Part shown: piece after piece, positions 1 to 12,199 of the stretch | Position numbering within the stretch: the stretch's first letter is position 1 | Layout: each line of letters starts with the position of its first letter | The notes under the pieces: model-generated | Seen by the model: the letters and a program-made list of their open reading frames with translations, nothing else | Database searches by the model: none | What the model was told of the DNA's origin: nothing | DNA from: Catajapyx aquilonaris | Taxonomy: Eukaryota | Reading direction: 5' to 3' | Assembly (NCBI GenBank): GCA_000934665.2 | Contig: JYFJ02001079.1 | Location: forward strand, 62,001-96,368 | DNA length: 34,368 nt | Made by a program: the position numbers and the translations under genes

Positions 1-345
1 ATTCAATACTACTTGCCCAATAGTCAGTGATTCATCCAAGATGTCATTATGATTCATCCTAGCTGCAATTTTATTCACTACGATCTCCCCAACATTCAAT
101 GATTCACCCTACAGATTAAATATGATCTGATTGTGATTAATTATGATTTGACTAACGTAAGAGTCAACGATTCATCTAAGACTCATTATGATTTGCCTAA
201 AGTCAATGATTCATCAGAGACTCATTATGATTAGCCTGAGTCAATGATTCATCAGAGACTCATTATGATTCACCCTAGATTCAATTTCATTCATTATCAT
301 TATTTCCTTAAGGTTCAATACGATTTGGCCAAGATTCAATGATTC
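1..345. repeat. Degenerate tandem repeat, ~38-bp unit (AGTCAATGATTCATCAGAGACTCATTATGATT...)
   Basis: Near-identical units start at 201 and 239, with decayed copies on both sides. The array is probably cut by the window start. Confidence 0.8.
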
Positions 346-1046
346 GCAAGAAATGGAGATGATTTCTCTCCAATAATTTTTCACGAAAATTTATTGAAGA
401 TAACAGCTATTAATAGCAGTTATTTTATCCAAAAAATATTTAAAAAATACCCTCCCTGTATTTTCCTGGGTTCATTGATGACACGCCAAAAACCTTTCCG
501 CGGCTTGTGCAAGCGAGGGTGCATTATTCTTCCCTTATCGGGGGTGGGATAGGGGGGGACCTGCCTGCCATATGTTACACATATTGCACTTTTTGCTGCC
601 CATTACTTCACTTTCTAATGGGATGCGATTATGTCGGTTTGGTGGGTGTGTGTTTACCCCATAAGCGGTGGCCCCCCTGTTTATATGGTACAGTCTATTC
701 TTCCTGGTGCCAGATGCCTGTCAGCAAATAAACACATCCGCTCACAACAATCGTGTCAGTGATGTATTGTTACGAGCACTTTTCTGTAGTGCGCCTGTAA
801 AGTATCCGGCGTGTTTGGCAATAGAGGTGTTTGAGTTGCATAGGAGCCAGGATATGTTTTCATCCATTTTCAGTCCCACCTTTTTTTTCCTTCTCAAACA
901 TTTTGAAGATGGAAAAAAGTCCTCGAAAAAAAAAATTTCACGAGTGCCACTGAGCTTTTGGGAAGCCCCCTTAGAACGAGGGAGAAGAGGCTTGCCTTTC
1001 CTTTGAGACAAGAAATACAATAACAAGCAGCGTCAATGGCACGGAA

Positions 1047-1109
1047 ATGCAGCTTGGGTTAAAAAAAACTATAGCTATGCCAAGCTAGCTAGTTTTTCCA
1101 AGCCTGCAT
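1047..1109. repeat. Short imperfect inverted repeat (hairpin)
   Basis: ATGCAGCTTGG...AAAAACTATAGCT pairs with AGCTAGCTAGTTTTT...CCAAGCCTGCAT. Confidence 0.5.
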
Positions 1110-1395
1110 GCGGTCCACATGGGGATGACTTGATCTGAATTTCAATCTTCCATACACGGTTTGCGGTCTGGTTGGCTCATTTCAAAAAACCGAAGGGGAA
1201 ATTTTTTGGGGTCACGAATAATATTTTTTTCGATTGGATTCGTATCATATTCAGAGCATAGAATTTTTTTTTAAAATGAGAAGCAGGGAATATAGCCAAA
1301 TATATGCCCTATAATAATAGAAAGGTTTATTAGCTGGTATTTCAGGCGTTGTAAAAATTATTAGATGCTAATATCAGGTCGTATACCAAATCGAT

Positions 1396-1492
1396 TGTGT
1401 ACGATTAGGTACGAATGTGTACGATTGGGTACGAATGTGTACGATTGGGTACGTATGAGCACGATTGGGTACGTATGAGTACGATTTGGTAC
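1396..1492. repeat. Minisatellite, 20-bp unit (TGTGTACGATTGGGTACGAA) x ~5
   Basis: Directly visible 20-bp period with a 10-bp GTACG sub-period. Confidence 0.92.
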
Positions 1493-3727
1493 AGATGCTA
1501 TTTTACCACTATTTCAAGTGGAAATTTAGTAGTGTACATTACGAACTGTTTGCATTGCGCGTTATTTCCCCAGTTGGCAGGTCCATATTTCGGCGAGGTT
1601 TTTTTTTCGTCTCTGGCAAAATAGAGCTAGGCCATGGCTTTTCTGCGAGTCTGATCGCGCAAATGATATTTATGGGCTGGGTCCCATGTTCAACTTGTGG
1701 GAGGGCTACAAGGCGTCATGTATCACACTCAAGCGCTTTAATGGCGGAACCCCCCCCTTTCCACCCCACTTATTATTTTCCAAATACTAATCATCTCGTG
1801 AGCCGGAAACAAAGCAGGAGGCGAAAAAAATGGCGCGGGGGGGCGGCTCGTAATTTGTGCATCAGGAATCCCATTAGTTTCGGGTTCTTTTCCAGGAGGG
1901 CTAGGCAAGCAGGAACTGTTAAATAGGACTGAGTTGTGAAATTTCTCTATTTGCGAAAGAAATGAATGGCGAATTTGCAAAAAGGTTTTCATATTTGTGT
2001 ACAGTACATTACTTCTACGTATAGAGCTGACGTTATTGTAATGGAATATTGAAGAAGCGTCCGAAATATTGATGGTTAATGATCATGTGATTATTATTTT
2101 TATTTATTTTATTTATTTTTACTTCAGGCATGTAATGTAATTGATATTTTAAACATAATATTAATTATCCACGTTTAATATTATGTATGCTTATATGCTT
2201 TATTTTGTCTAATATTATTTTTATTGTTTGTTTTCCTTATGCTATTTCAATAACTAATTATTTCATTATAATTATTCGTGTAAGCTATAAATCATACGGT
2301 ATCATTATTTGAAAAATAATATTCCGTGATAAATTTCCTACCAGAATAAAACTATTATAACCATTATCATCATTAAATATTTGACAACTCTACAACTTGG
2401 CTAATTTCCGACTATTTTGCGAAAAAGTCTACAAAAATTTCGCCAAATTGACCAAAAAATTGCAAAACCATCAGTTGCATCAATGACACATGACATGGTC
2501 CACTAAAGACATTTCCTGCGCATTTCCACATCGCAATCATTGTCCAAAATAATTCTCTAAACCCACATATGCACTCCACATATGGACTGAAATCGGAACC
2601 GCAACATATACACAACACACAGTAGCGATAACCCAAATGTGTACATATTAATTATGTTTCATTGTCTGCGACGAGCGTAAAATCATTAATTAGGCATTAA
2701 TTTTATGCCATTGTCTAAAACTTGGAATAATACACAGCGTGCATGTTGCGAAACAAATTGTGCCAATCCCAAATGTTATTATTTGTTGGGCCACTCCAAT
2801 ACCAGTGGAGTGACACGTTCGGATAGATTTATCTACCAGCTGTTATAACCAGCGGTTATTTTTTAAACCCGAAGCTGGAAGGTATTTACTGCTAGTCTGC
2901 TAACCAAAAAAGGGTTATGGACTCGCTTATTGATACATTTTCATAGACTATGCCTATGCATGAAATTTCAATACAAAATTTGCCATTGTCACTCCTTCTA
3001 CAATTATATTCTATACCAGTAGGCTAATAATAATTGTTTCGATTATTCATTAAAATTTATTTATTTATTTGCTTTACAGCATACCTCATTGCAAATTTCG
3101 TCAGTCCTTTGGTTACGTTTTTAAATTTTTGTGTTGTTATATTATTTATAGCAAGTTGATAGCCCACCTTTATGCGCTTCCCACTCGAAATGGAGACATC
3201 CATCGTGTCAACCCAAGTCACCTGTCGCGATTCACCCCCAAAAAAGGTCCATCTCCTGACGTGTGTCTCTGGACCTCGAAGGTTCCCCCCAAATCCTCAT
3301 TTTTCTTTGAACCCTCGTTGCTAGAGGGGGTTGCTAGAAGGGGTGATGTATGTCTAGAGAGCCAGCCTTATTGAATGGTGCATCAATCATGTGGGGGTAG
3401 AGGAGGGTGAGAGAGACCCCTACGGCACACTTGCCATATCAATCACTCTCTCTCCTTTCTACCTCTCTAGGCTTAAATACTCACTCAAGGCACTCTAGTT
3501 ATAGTAGGATAGGGGAGCTTAGGCTGAGCAAGCTTCTATTCGCGCCTGGGGCAAACCCACTTAAGCCTGGCAACACTGATTTGCCTTATTTACAAGCGAG
3601 GGGGGATTTCAAGCGAGGCGCCGACAACGTTTTGTATGTCAAGCTATAAGAAAGAGAGCTGATTGGCTTAGACCTAGAAATGTGAGAAGCCTTAGCAGGG
3701 TTGCCATTTCTGGTTATGGTCGGATAA

Positions 3728-4048
3728 CTACCTAACCTGGTCTGGTCTGATCTAAACTAACCCACCCGAACTCTAACCAGACCAATTCTGCCCCATCCTG
3801 CCCCATCCTGCCCCATCCTGCCCCATCCTGCCCCATCCTGACCCATTCTGCACCATTCTGCCCCATTCTGCCCCATTCTGCCCCATTCNCTGCCCCATCC
3901 TGCCCCATCCTGCCCCATCCTGCCCCATCCTGCCCCATCCTGACCCATTCTGATCCAGCCCAACCCTGCCTAACCTTACCTAACCCAGCCTAACCCAGCG
4001 TAACACAGCCTAACCCAGTCTAAACCATCATAATCCACCCTAACCCTG
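3728..4048. repeat. 10-bp tandem repeat (CTGCCCCATC/CTGCCCCATT)n with degenerate CCTAA/CCCAG-type 5-mer flanks; contains an N at 3889
   Basis: Clean 10-bp period over ~3788-3952. The single N inside the array suggests an assembly join, so the true copy number is uncertain. Confidence 0.92.
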
Positions 4049-4429
4049 AAACAAGATTGGCAAATCACGTGAGCGGGATTAAAGTAGACTTTTTCATGTT
4101 TACTGCTATTGTCCCCAACGGCAGTCACGGGACTGGGGAGGGGAGAAAGGGCGATCTGGCGGCGAGGAGACTGGGAGGTCAGGAGGAAGGCTGGAAGGGG
4201 TGGATAGAGTGAACCCGGAACCCGAAAACCGAAAAAAGTCTTATAGCACGGCTCTGTCTGTCTGTCGGGTCTGGGGGGGAATGGGCGGTCAGGGGTCTGG
4301 GGTGGTGGTGGCAGCCAGGGGGCTCGAAAAAAGTCGTATAGCACGGCTCTGTGTGATACCTGTCCACAGACAGACAGACAGACAGACAGAGCCGTTCTAC
4401 AAGACTTTTTTCTTCGAAAAAGTCTAAAA
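4049..4429 (-). mobile_element. Non-autonomous Helentron-associated element (HINE / DINE-1-like), copy 1
   Basis: 11-bp subterminal inverted repeats TAGACTTTTTC (4085-4095) and GAAAAAGTCTA (4416-4426). A 5' hairpin AGACTTTTT..AAAAAGTCT spans 4402-4425, and a (GACA)n microsatellite lies at ~4367-4390. The 3' end reads ...CAATCTTGTTT on the minus strand, with T-run flanks and no TSD. A homologous copy lies at 17807-18162. Confidence 0.8.
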
Positions 4430-5291
4430 CTGCCTATATTTCCAAGACTAGCTGCGTCATCTGGATGCGCACTAGGAATCCTCACGTTTCTGGTGTAAAT
4501 GACCCTGCTTGACCTTAGCTGGCTTGGGTGAACTCTCCCAAATTTCTCCCCCTTGGCCCACTTCCAGTCCAGTCACGAATACATTTCAAAATCGAGAGTG
4601 GACCCAACCCTCAACCCAAAAATGACTTACCCTTCTTTTGTCTCACCCCCTACTAAAAACCGTCCATTTCTCAGCTTCCCTAACTGAAGTTGGCATAGGC
4701 GTGGACTTTCTTGCCCTATAGGCTCATCCATCACCCGGAGGGGGGAAGACTGGCGATAGTCCAAAGGGGAGGGGGGGGGGACTATGGTCAGCAGGAAGCG
4801 GTGTTGCCATGGTCACCTACTGGTTGATTTTTTTGCAGCAGCAGATTTTTGCAATTAACCGGTGCAAAGGTTGTCACTCAGATCAGGTTGGGATAGGCCC
4901 CACCTACCCTTTGGTCCATGCCAATCATTCTGTGCCAAATTATTCTTCCAAAGATGCCGCTGGGCTCATTAAAACTAGCTTTATGGCACAGTCCAGTGAG
5001 CGTATGGCTGCTCCATCATGTGGGTAGTATTTTAGGTATCGACAGTATCGCCTCCATCTGATTGCTTAATCCATACTTGTAGGTGGCGGGTCGGTCGATA
5101 AAATACATTTCAAAGGCCTCACATGGGCGCTGAGGCAACTAATGCGTTTGCCTGTTGCATCAATACGAATTAAGGAGGAAATCTCCGATTAGGTTGCAGA
5201 GAAATTCAGGATATTAGAACTTGAGATTAGAACAGCATCCAGTAAGGTTACGGACAATAATATTGTGGATTTACACTGACAAAAAAAACAA

Positions 5292-5419
5292 CAGCTATTT
5301 AGCCATAGCTGTTATCTACTTGCAGCAGCTAATATAGCGCTTTCAGCTTTGCATTAATTATAAGCTGAAAGCGCTATATTAGCTGTTAAAAGAAGATAAC
5401 AGCTATGGCTCAATAGCTG
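5292..5419. repeat. ~128-bp imperfect palindrome (foldback/MITE remnant), with a partial extra arm to ~5460
   Basis: AGCCATAGCTGTTATCT...CAGCTAATATAGCGCTTTCAGCTT pairs with AAGCTGAAAGCGCTATATTAGCTG...AGATAACAGCTATGGCT. Confidence 0.85.
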
Positions 5420-5541
5420 CTATATTATTTTAGCAGATAATATGTCGCTTTCAGCTTTATTACTACTGTACATAGCGACTAATACTAATGTAAGTATGTG
5501 ATATGGCACCAAATAATACACTAAGTTCATGTAATAATATA

Positions 5542-5782
5542 GAGGGTGCTCCAGATTCGTGGGTCACTTTTTGATAACTGATATCTTTCGATAGCAGTTA
5601 TTTTTGTAGCTTCTTGGGCCCCTGTGTGATCCATTCTATAGCACAGTTTGCTATATTCGACTCCCAGCGGGTCGAATATAGCAGAATGGGGCACACGGTT
5701 AGGTGCACAACAAGCTACAAATAATAACTGCTATCGGGAGTATCAGTTATCAAAAAGTTACCCACTAATCTGGAACACAATG
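5542..5782. mobile_element. Tc1/mariner-type MITE, family A copy 1 (long TIRs, TA TSD)
   Basis: TA|GAGGGTGCTCCAGATTCGTGGGT ... ACCCACTAATCTGGAACACAATG|TA. The arms pair over ~70 bp, with a central hairpin TGCTATATTCGAC..GTCGAATATAGCA. Homologues at 11905 and 22072. Confidence 0.85.
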
Positions 5783-5870
5783 TATAACGAATATAAGTTA
5801 CGCATAATAAATAGATTATAAATAAATACACAAGTAGGCCCAAACGAATAAGTATACATATCTACATTTT

Positions 5871-5913
5871 AAATAAATAATTAATTAATTATTTAATTAA
5901 ATGAATGAATGAA

Positions 5914-5944
<31 letters not shown>
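5871..5944. repeat. (TAAA)n/(TGAA)n microsatellite
   Basis: Directly visible tetranucleotide repeats. Confidence 0.9.
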
Positions 5945-7215
5945 GTAAAGGTGGTCTGCGCGTCTGCCCACCTCTGAGGCTGGATAAAATTTGGGGTGAA
6001 ATAACTGCTAATTTCATCGGCTGCACCATATTAGCTGATTATACAGTAGATAACAACGTTTTGATTTAATTAATTTTAATATGCACGATTAGTTCTGGGT
6101 TTCCACGTCATCTAGCGGACAATAACGCAGTTATTTTCGGTCTGGTGCATTTACAGTGTTGCCATCAATTTGGGGTTAAGTGACGCAACCGGGTTCTAAA
6201 ACAAAAACTGCATTTTGAGAATAAAGCAATTAACATGCATTAGGCTTGCAAAATTCATTGTACGTACAGTGCATTAATGGGAGGGGGGGAGTGGTCGCTA
6301 AGAAGCAAATAATAAACAAGCTATATGCTGCCTACACTGCATTAATGGAGCGCTTCCTGATAATGCTGCAGTGTTTTTACTGGAAGCAAAAACAGGGTGC
6401 TGTATAAATAAGATGCATTAAAATCAGGTAGGATTAATGAATTTTGAAATTATTGAACGGAACAGTCATGTTTAAATATAATTAACTGAACTAATAGCAG
6501 TTACACCTCAGGACATGTTCTGTACAGATACTACACGGCGTATTACACGTATACACTGCAGAAGTGTTACATACTATACAGGAACCGTGCTAATCAATTA
6601 TTGCCATATTTACATTGTTAATCAGACACTTGAAGGATAAGCCTAATTAGGTTGATGCTATAGTATTCATATATTAATCATTGCTAATATTTCCCTCAAC
6701 TATTACTAGAATCGTCTTACACACCCTGTACCTTCGCAATGCGGATTTTCTAAATCCATCTCAAGTGAAGGCCTCTTCAAATATTACCTGCCATAAACTG
6801 ATTCAATTCAGGTCCCTAAAATAAAAGGGGAGCTACTCCAATTCCCGTCGCATGTCGGTTTCAATCATCAAGAAACAAAATGGGGAGGCAAGTACATCAT
6901 TAATGTGCTTACAACCTGAGGGAAAAATACCTCTAGCGCACACACACACAAAAAAGAGAGAATCATCCAACCCTAATTTGACCCCCATTTTCCCCTATAG
7001 CCTAACCATACCTGGGACCAATCTAGGCCCTTTCGACAGCACATCATGCAGTTGTGGTTTTCCGCACTGAGTTTCCCAATTTGGCGCACGACACCTTTTT
7101 CGAACAAAATCTGCTCCGAAAAATAGCTAGTCAGGAGCAATTTTAGTGAAGACTTGCATGGAGCTGAAGAGCTTATGGAGAATAGTTAAAGTCGCCTTTA
7201 AAGTAGCTGCTCTAC

Positions 7216-7770
7216 AGTTAGAGGTCCTTAATTTCAAAAATATAGCAGACAATTTATATGTTGATAGTGTTTTTGGAATGCTAATTGAATGGTCTTTAAG
7301 ATGATAAAAATAATATTTATTAAAACCGAAAAGTTTGGATTCAAAATGGCGTCCAAAATGTTTCAGTTAATTTTTGAACTATTTAATATTTGTACACAAA
7401 TTTTGAATCGAGCTCAAATTGAGGATTGATATGTCTAATTGCAATTTAATCACATTTAAAAGTGAAATATTAATATTTTAATTAACTACACGTACATATT
7501 TTAGTTAGAGGCCCATAACTCCAGAAATTTAACCGAAAATCCCAACATTGATAGGATTTTAGGAAAGGTCTTTAAATAGCCTTTCAGATGATAAAAAGAA
7601 TATTTATTAAAACCTGAAAGTATGGGTTCAAAATGGCGTCCAAAATATTCGAGTTAATTTTTTCACAATTTAAGGTTAATGCAAAATTTATTAATTGAGC
7701 TCAAATTGAGGCTTGAAATGTCTAATTAACATTCCCATGAATTTTAAAACCCGGAAATAAAAATTTAGAA
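7216..7770. repeat. Diverged tandem dimer, ~287-bp period
   Basis: AGATGATAAAAA at 7299 and 7586. TTCAAAATGGCGTCCAAAAT, GAGCTCAAATTGAGG and AGTTAGAGG each recur at about the same offset. Confidence 0.85.
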
Positions 7771-9824
7771 GGCGGACTTATTTTTATTGGGTCCTGCACA
7801 GCTACCACCCAGTCACCTTCCCGATTTTTGTACTCTGCCTGGGTACACAAAGACGTGTGTACCAAGCGAACACACGGTCATGATCAAATGGATGATCCGG
7901 ACCTAAAATGGACCTCCTTTGTCCCCCTGAAAATGCTAGGACGAGCTTTTTCCCCCCCGTCCCTTTGGTATATAAAAAGGGAAGGTCTTGTGTGGAAAGG
8001 CCTAGAGGAGCAAGTGGAGAAAAGAGGGGTTGAATAGGGTCTCATCCCAGGGAAATGTCGGTTTGGATTTAGTACCAGTCCTGGGGAAATCGGAAGGTTG
8101 GAGATGGTCCGGGAGGGTGTTCCACGTGGCGGTTAATCGTCGCCCTTTTCTTCCTTAACGACTTTTTCTCACCCCTCCACCCCATCCTCCCAACCTTCGA
8201 GCTTTTCCTCTCTAATCAGGTCGTGTCCGACCCTGGTCTTGAGGGATGTCTCGCTCCTTTCTGGTCACTGGGTGTTATCTCCGAGTTGGTATTATCTGAG
8301 AGAACAAATGTTGCTTAGGACAAGGGGAAAAAGTTTCCGGGTTTTGGACACCATGTGGACATGTCTGATAAGAAATGTGGACACAGGACACATTTAGCTG
8401 TCGTCACTTGTCAAGCAGCCAAACTGTCACATTACCATCACAAAAACCTATTTCAAATTATAGAAATCATGTATTTCATCATTTTATTTTACATTAATAA
8501 TATATTTGTCAATCGATAATAATTACTTCATTATTAATTTGCATTAATTCATTAAATGACTTACATAAATTTCATTTATATCAATTATATTGCATTACAT
8601 ACATTTGTTTTATTAATACTGTATGCTATATTTATTTTGGGTTCGTACCTCTCAGCCAATAAGTTAGCTTATAATCTCGTGCTCCAATGAGGAAGCAGCG
8701 AAATCATCAAGGGTTGAGTGACGGTTGGAAATACCATCCGGTCTCTCCGAGGTTGACTTAATTCCTACCAACAGGACTTTTCATTGCGCCAAAGAGACCC
8801 CCCACCAAGACACAAACGCAGGATATATGGAGACAGAAGACTCCATTCTTGGTCTTGAGGGAAACTGGGCGAGGGGAGGGAGATGGGGGTGAATTCCACC
8901 CTCCATCTTTGCGACGACCACAATCCTTCTCCAGTGCTTTTATGTGCCGATGATTGCGGATCTTAGCCCAGGATTTGTGAGACCCACGCCATTGCTGCTA
9001 TACTGACTGCCATCCCGAGGAAACGTTGACGACCTTGCTAAAGGATGACGGTCCCCCAGCTAATAAGCCAGTGGAAATTCCTAGGGAATTGTCGGAAAAG
9101 TAAAACCTACCCCTGGCCAAGTTCAATAGAAACGTATGTCCACGAACATAGAATCTCTATTTTTAATTAAATAAAGAACTATTAATAAAGAATTATAATA
9201 GAACGCAGTTTGTTTGTCGAGGTTTGGTTGCTATGGTGTTTGGTTGCTATATATGGCAACCATGTTTCCATGGCAATCATTGCGACAATCTTCAAATTGT
9301 GCAAAACTGTTCGACCTTTTTGACTGGTTCTGTACCTTGAATCGTCTTGCCAACTGCTGCGACATACCGAACCGTCAATCAGAAACTTCTCTCACCTTTT
9401 GAGTGCAAAGCGCGACACCTTATCAGCCAAGCACGGTCTCCGAAAGGCGCCCTCTTTTGTCCCGGTTTCCCATGTTAAGACATAATGAAGCACACTTCAA
9501 CTCCTCTCCCCACCTCCCTCAGATATTCCCTTCTCCTCCTCCGTCCCATTCCCTAGCAGCCATTCAGCCAACCGCCTCTTCCGGAATGGGTGGCAGGAGA
9601 GGAATGTAAGGGAAGGAAATCAGGCCAAGCGGAAGGCATCTTCTTTATGAAGTGTGGTGCAGCTTCAGGTGGGATAAGAAGTTTCCTCTATTGCGTGGGA
9701 CGTCATGCGTGAGAGTATCAGGTGAGCACCTGAGGGACGCCATCTGATGGAAACTTGGGGAAGGCCAATCAAATACAGGTGCCTTGAACCAGGTTTTATG
9801 TCATGTTCATGTACGTAAAGTGTC

Positions 9825-10770
9825 GAAAACTGTGGGTCGTGATCAGGTATTTCCCACTCTGTGGTGTTTTCACGAGTTATTTCCAACCACGTGGTTTTTT
9901 CGCGAGATATTTACAACCTATGGTCTTTCGCGAGTTATTTTCAACACCGTGGTCTTTCATGCGGTATTTCCAACTCCTTATTTTGCAACATAGTTCCAAT
10001 AACGTATGGCCGTCCGCGAGGTATTGCTAACCCTGCAATTTTTCGCGCAGTAGTTTCAGCCCTATGGTTTTTTGCACGGGATTTCCTACCGTGTAGTCTG
10101 TCGTGAGATATTTCCAATCCGTTATTTCGCAATAAAGTTCCAAGCCTGCGATTTTTTTCGAGGTATTTCCAAACTTTCTTTTGCGAGAGAGTTCCAACCC
10201 CTGTGGGGTATTCGCGAGGTATTTACAACCCTGTGGTCTTTTCCCGATGTATTTACAACCCTGTGGTATGTTCGCGTGTTATTTTCCACTCCATGGTCTT
10301 TCACGCGGTATTTCCAACTCTTTATTTCTCAACAGAGTTCCAACCTAGTATGGCTGTTCGCGAGGTATTGCTCTAAACCCTGCTATTTTTCTCGAGGTAT
10401 TTACAACCCTTTCTTTTGCGAGATAGTTCCAACCTCTGGGGTCTTTTCGCGAGGTGTTTACAACCTAGGGTCTTTCGCGAGTTACTTTCAACTCCATGGT
10501 CTTTCGCGAGTTACTTTCAACTCCATGGTCTTTCGCGAGTTACTTTCAACTCCATGGTCTTTCACGCGATATTTCCAGCTCTGTATTTCGCAAGATAGCT
10601 TCAACCTATGGTCGTTCGCGATGTATTCTAACCCTGCGATTTTGCGCGAGGTAGTTCCAACCCTTTATTTTACGAGATAGTTCCAACACTGTGGTCGTTT
10701 CGCGTGGTATTTCCATTCATGGGGTTCTTCATCCAGGTATTTCCAACCCTTTAAATGGTTCTTTCGCGAG
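9825..10770. repeat. Degenerate ~29-30-bp satellite (TTCCAACCCTGTGGTCTTTCGCGAGGTAT-like) with higher-order blocks
   Basis: Roughly 30 decayed units, including a near-perfect local run TTTCAACTCCATGGTCTTTCGCGAGTTAC at ~10470-10562. Confidence 0.9.
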
Positions 10771-11904
10771 CAGGCCCGGGCAGAGGAGGGGGCCAGATGG
10801 CCCGAGCCTACTTCCACTGGTAGACTACACAGCAATATCCTCACTCAATAAAATGTACTTTGTCAGTTACATTCACCTAAGCTTGTGTGACCTTGAAGTA
10901 CTTCGCGAATCACGAGGTACCTCTAACCATGAAGGCTGTCTCACGAGGTCGCGATTCCGCCCGCCGCTGCTCACGAACTCGTGAAACAGCCTTGAGGTCT
11001 TTTCGCGAGATATTATTCTGATATTATCCGACATTTTTGGCCTCTTATTGTCGCTATATAGTTAACTGTTTGTTGCTTGCTAACCAAAAATCGCTAGGGG
11101 GAAAAAAATCGCTCGAAACTACAATCCACGTAACTCAAAGTTCGTCAAACTTATGCTTGAAACTGGAGCAAAACTACATGGCAAGCTTTTTCGCCCAAAA
11201 TTCCATTTCCGCCTCGCCAGGATCACACAGAAACTAGACGCGCCTCGCGAAACGTCTCTCGCATAGTTAGCTCCAAACTAAAACTTTTCGCTCTCTCACA
11301 CATACACGACACTACATCTCTCATGCAACTATTTTTTTCTCACGCGACAATTAACATGTTTCAACAGAATAGTTGGCATAAAATCCAAATGGACATTAGT
11401 ATTTCCCCCTACTTTGTTTGCGACCCCCCTGTTTACACGGGCGTTTTTCATTCGTCGCGTTTCCGCTCCAGAGAGCGTTTTCGACACGCTTAAGCTCAAA
11501 TTATGAGCGAGTTTGCCGATCAACAATTGGAGCGATGTAGCGAAGCGAGTTTTACAAGTTGTGAAATAAAAGAGGAGAGGCTTTTAATCCCCCAGTACAT
11601 TTTGAGCGAATGACGATTGACGGGACGAAAATTGAGGCGAAAGCTTGGATAATTTGCGTTGCTAACAGTCAATATTGTGAATATTGTTGGTGGGAATTCA
11701 GAGTACATTGTTTTTTGATGGGTAATTTATTGTTGCTTCCGTGGGTATCAGCCAGGGGGACAAATCCTCAAAATAATGAGGTTTTAGCAGTGCGATTTGT
11801 CATGAGTAATGGTAAATAGTGTATTAAAGTAGAGATATACAGAAAGGTGTGAGGCTACAAAAATTTAAAATTGTTACTTACTAAAATGAACACCACAAAA
11901 TATA

Positions 11905-12132
11905 CAGGGTGTTCCAAATTCGTGGGTAGTTTTTTTTATAACATATATCGCCCGATAACAGTTATTTTTGTAGCTTGTGGTGCCCCTATCCAGGTTCCCC
12001 ATCACTCTCAGAGGGTCGAATATAGCAGTTCCTATAGATTGGAGCACCTGGTTATGGGCATAACTAGTTGCAAAAAATAACTGCTATCCGGCGATATCAG
12101 TTATCAAAAACCACCCACGAATGAACATCCTG
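11905..12132. mobile_element. Tc1/mariner-type MITE, family A copy 2
   Basis: TA|CAGGGTGTTCCAAATTCGTGGGT ... ACCCACGAATGAACATCCTG|TA. Shares GATAACAGTTATTTTTGTAGCTT and GGGTCGAATATAGCAG with copy 1. Confidence 0.88.
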
Positions 12133-12199
12133 TATATTCAGTGAATAAATAAGTACCGGTAATGAATATACTGAATAAACGTTGAAACGAACGAAAAAC

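Noticed and set aside
3732..3963. ORFs with MGQDGAGWGR repeats
   Set aside because: Translation of a stop-free 10-bp repeat in several frames, spanning an N.
3728..4048. Telomeric (TTAGG/TTAGGG) repeat
   Set aside because: Only scattered CCTAA(C) words in a degenerate 5-mer tract, not a true array.
3976..4485. 169-aa minus-strand ORF
   Set aside because: Runs through a HINE and its microsatellite; no recognisable domain.
6392..6730. Possible extra mariner MITE (ACAGGGTG ... CACCCTGTA); also a lone CACCCTGTA near 17410
   Set aside because: Only ~8 bp of terminal match and no extended arm pairing seen.
9825..10770. CRISPR-like array and 202-aa ORF 10072-10680
   Set aside because: Units are contiguous degenerate monomers with no unique spacers and no cas genes; the ORFs are repeat translations.
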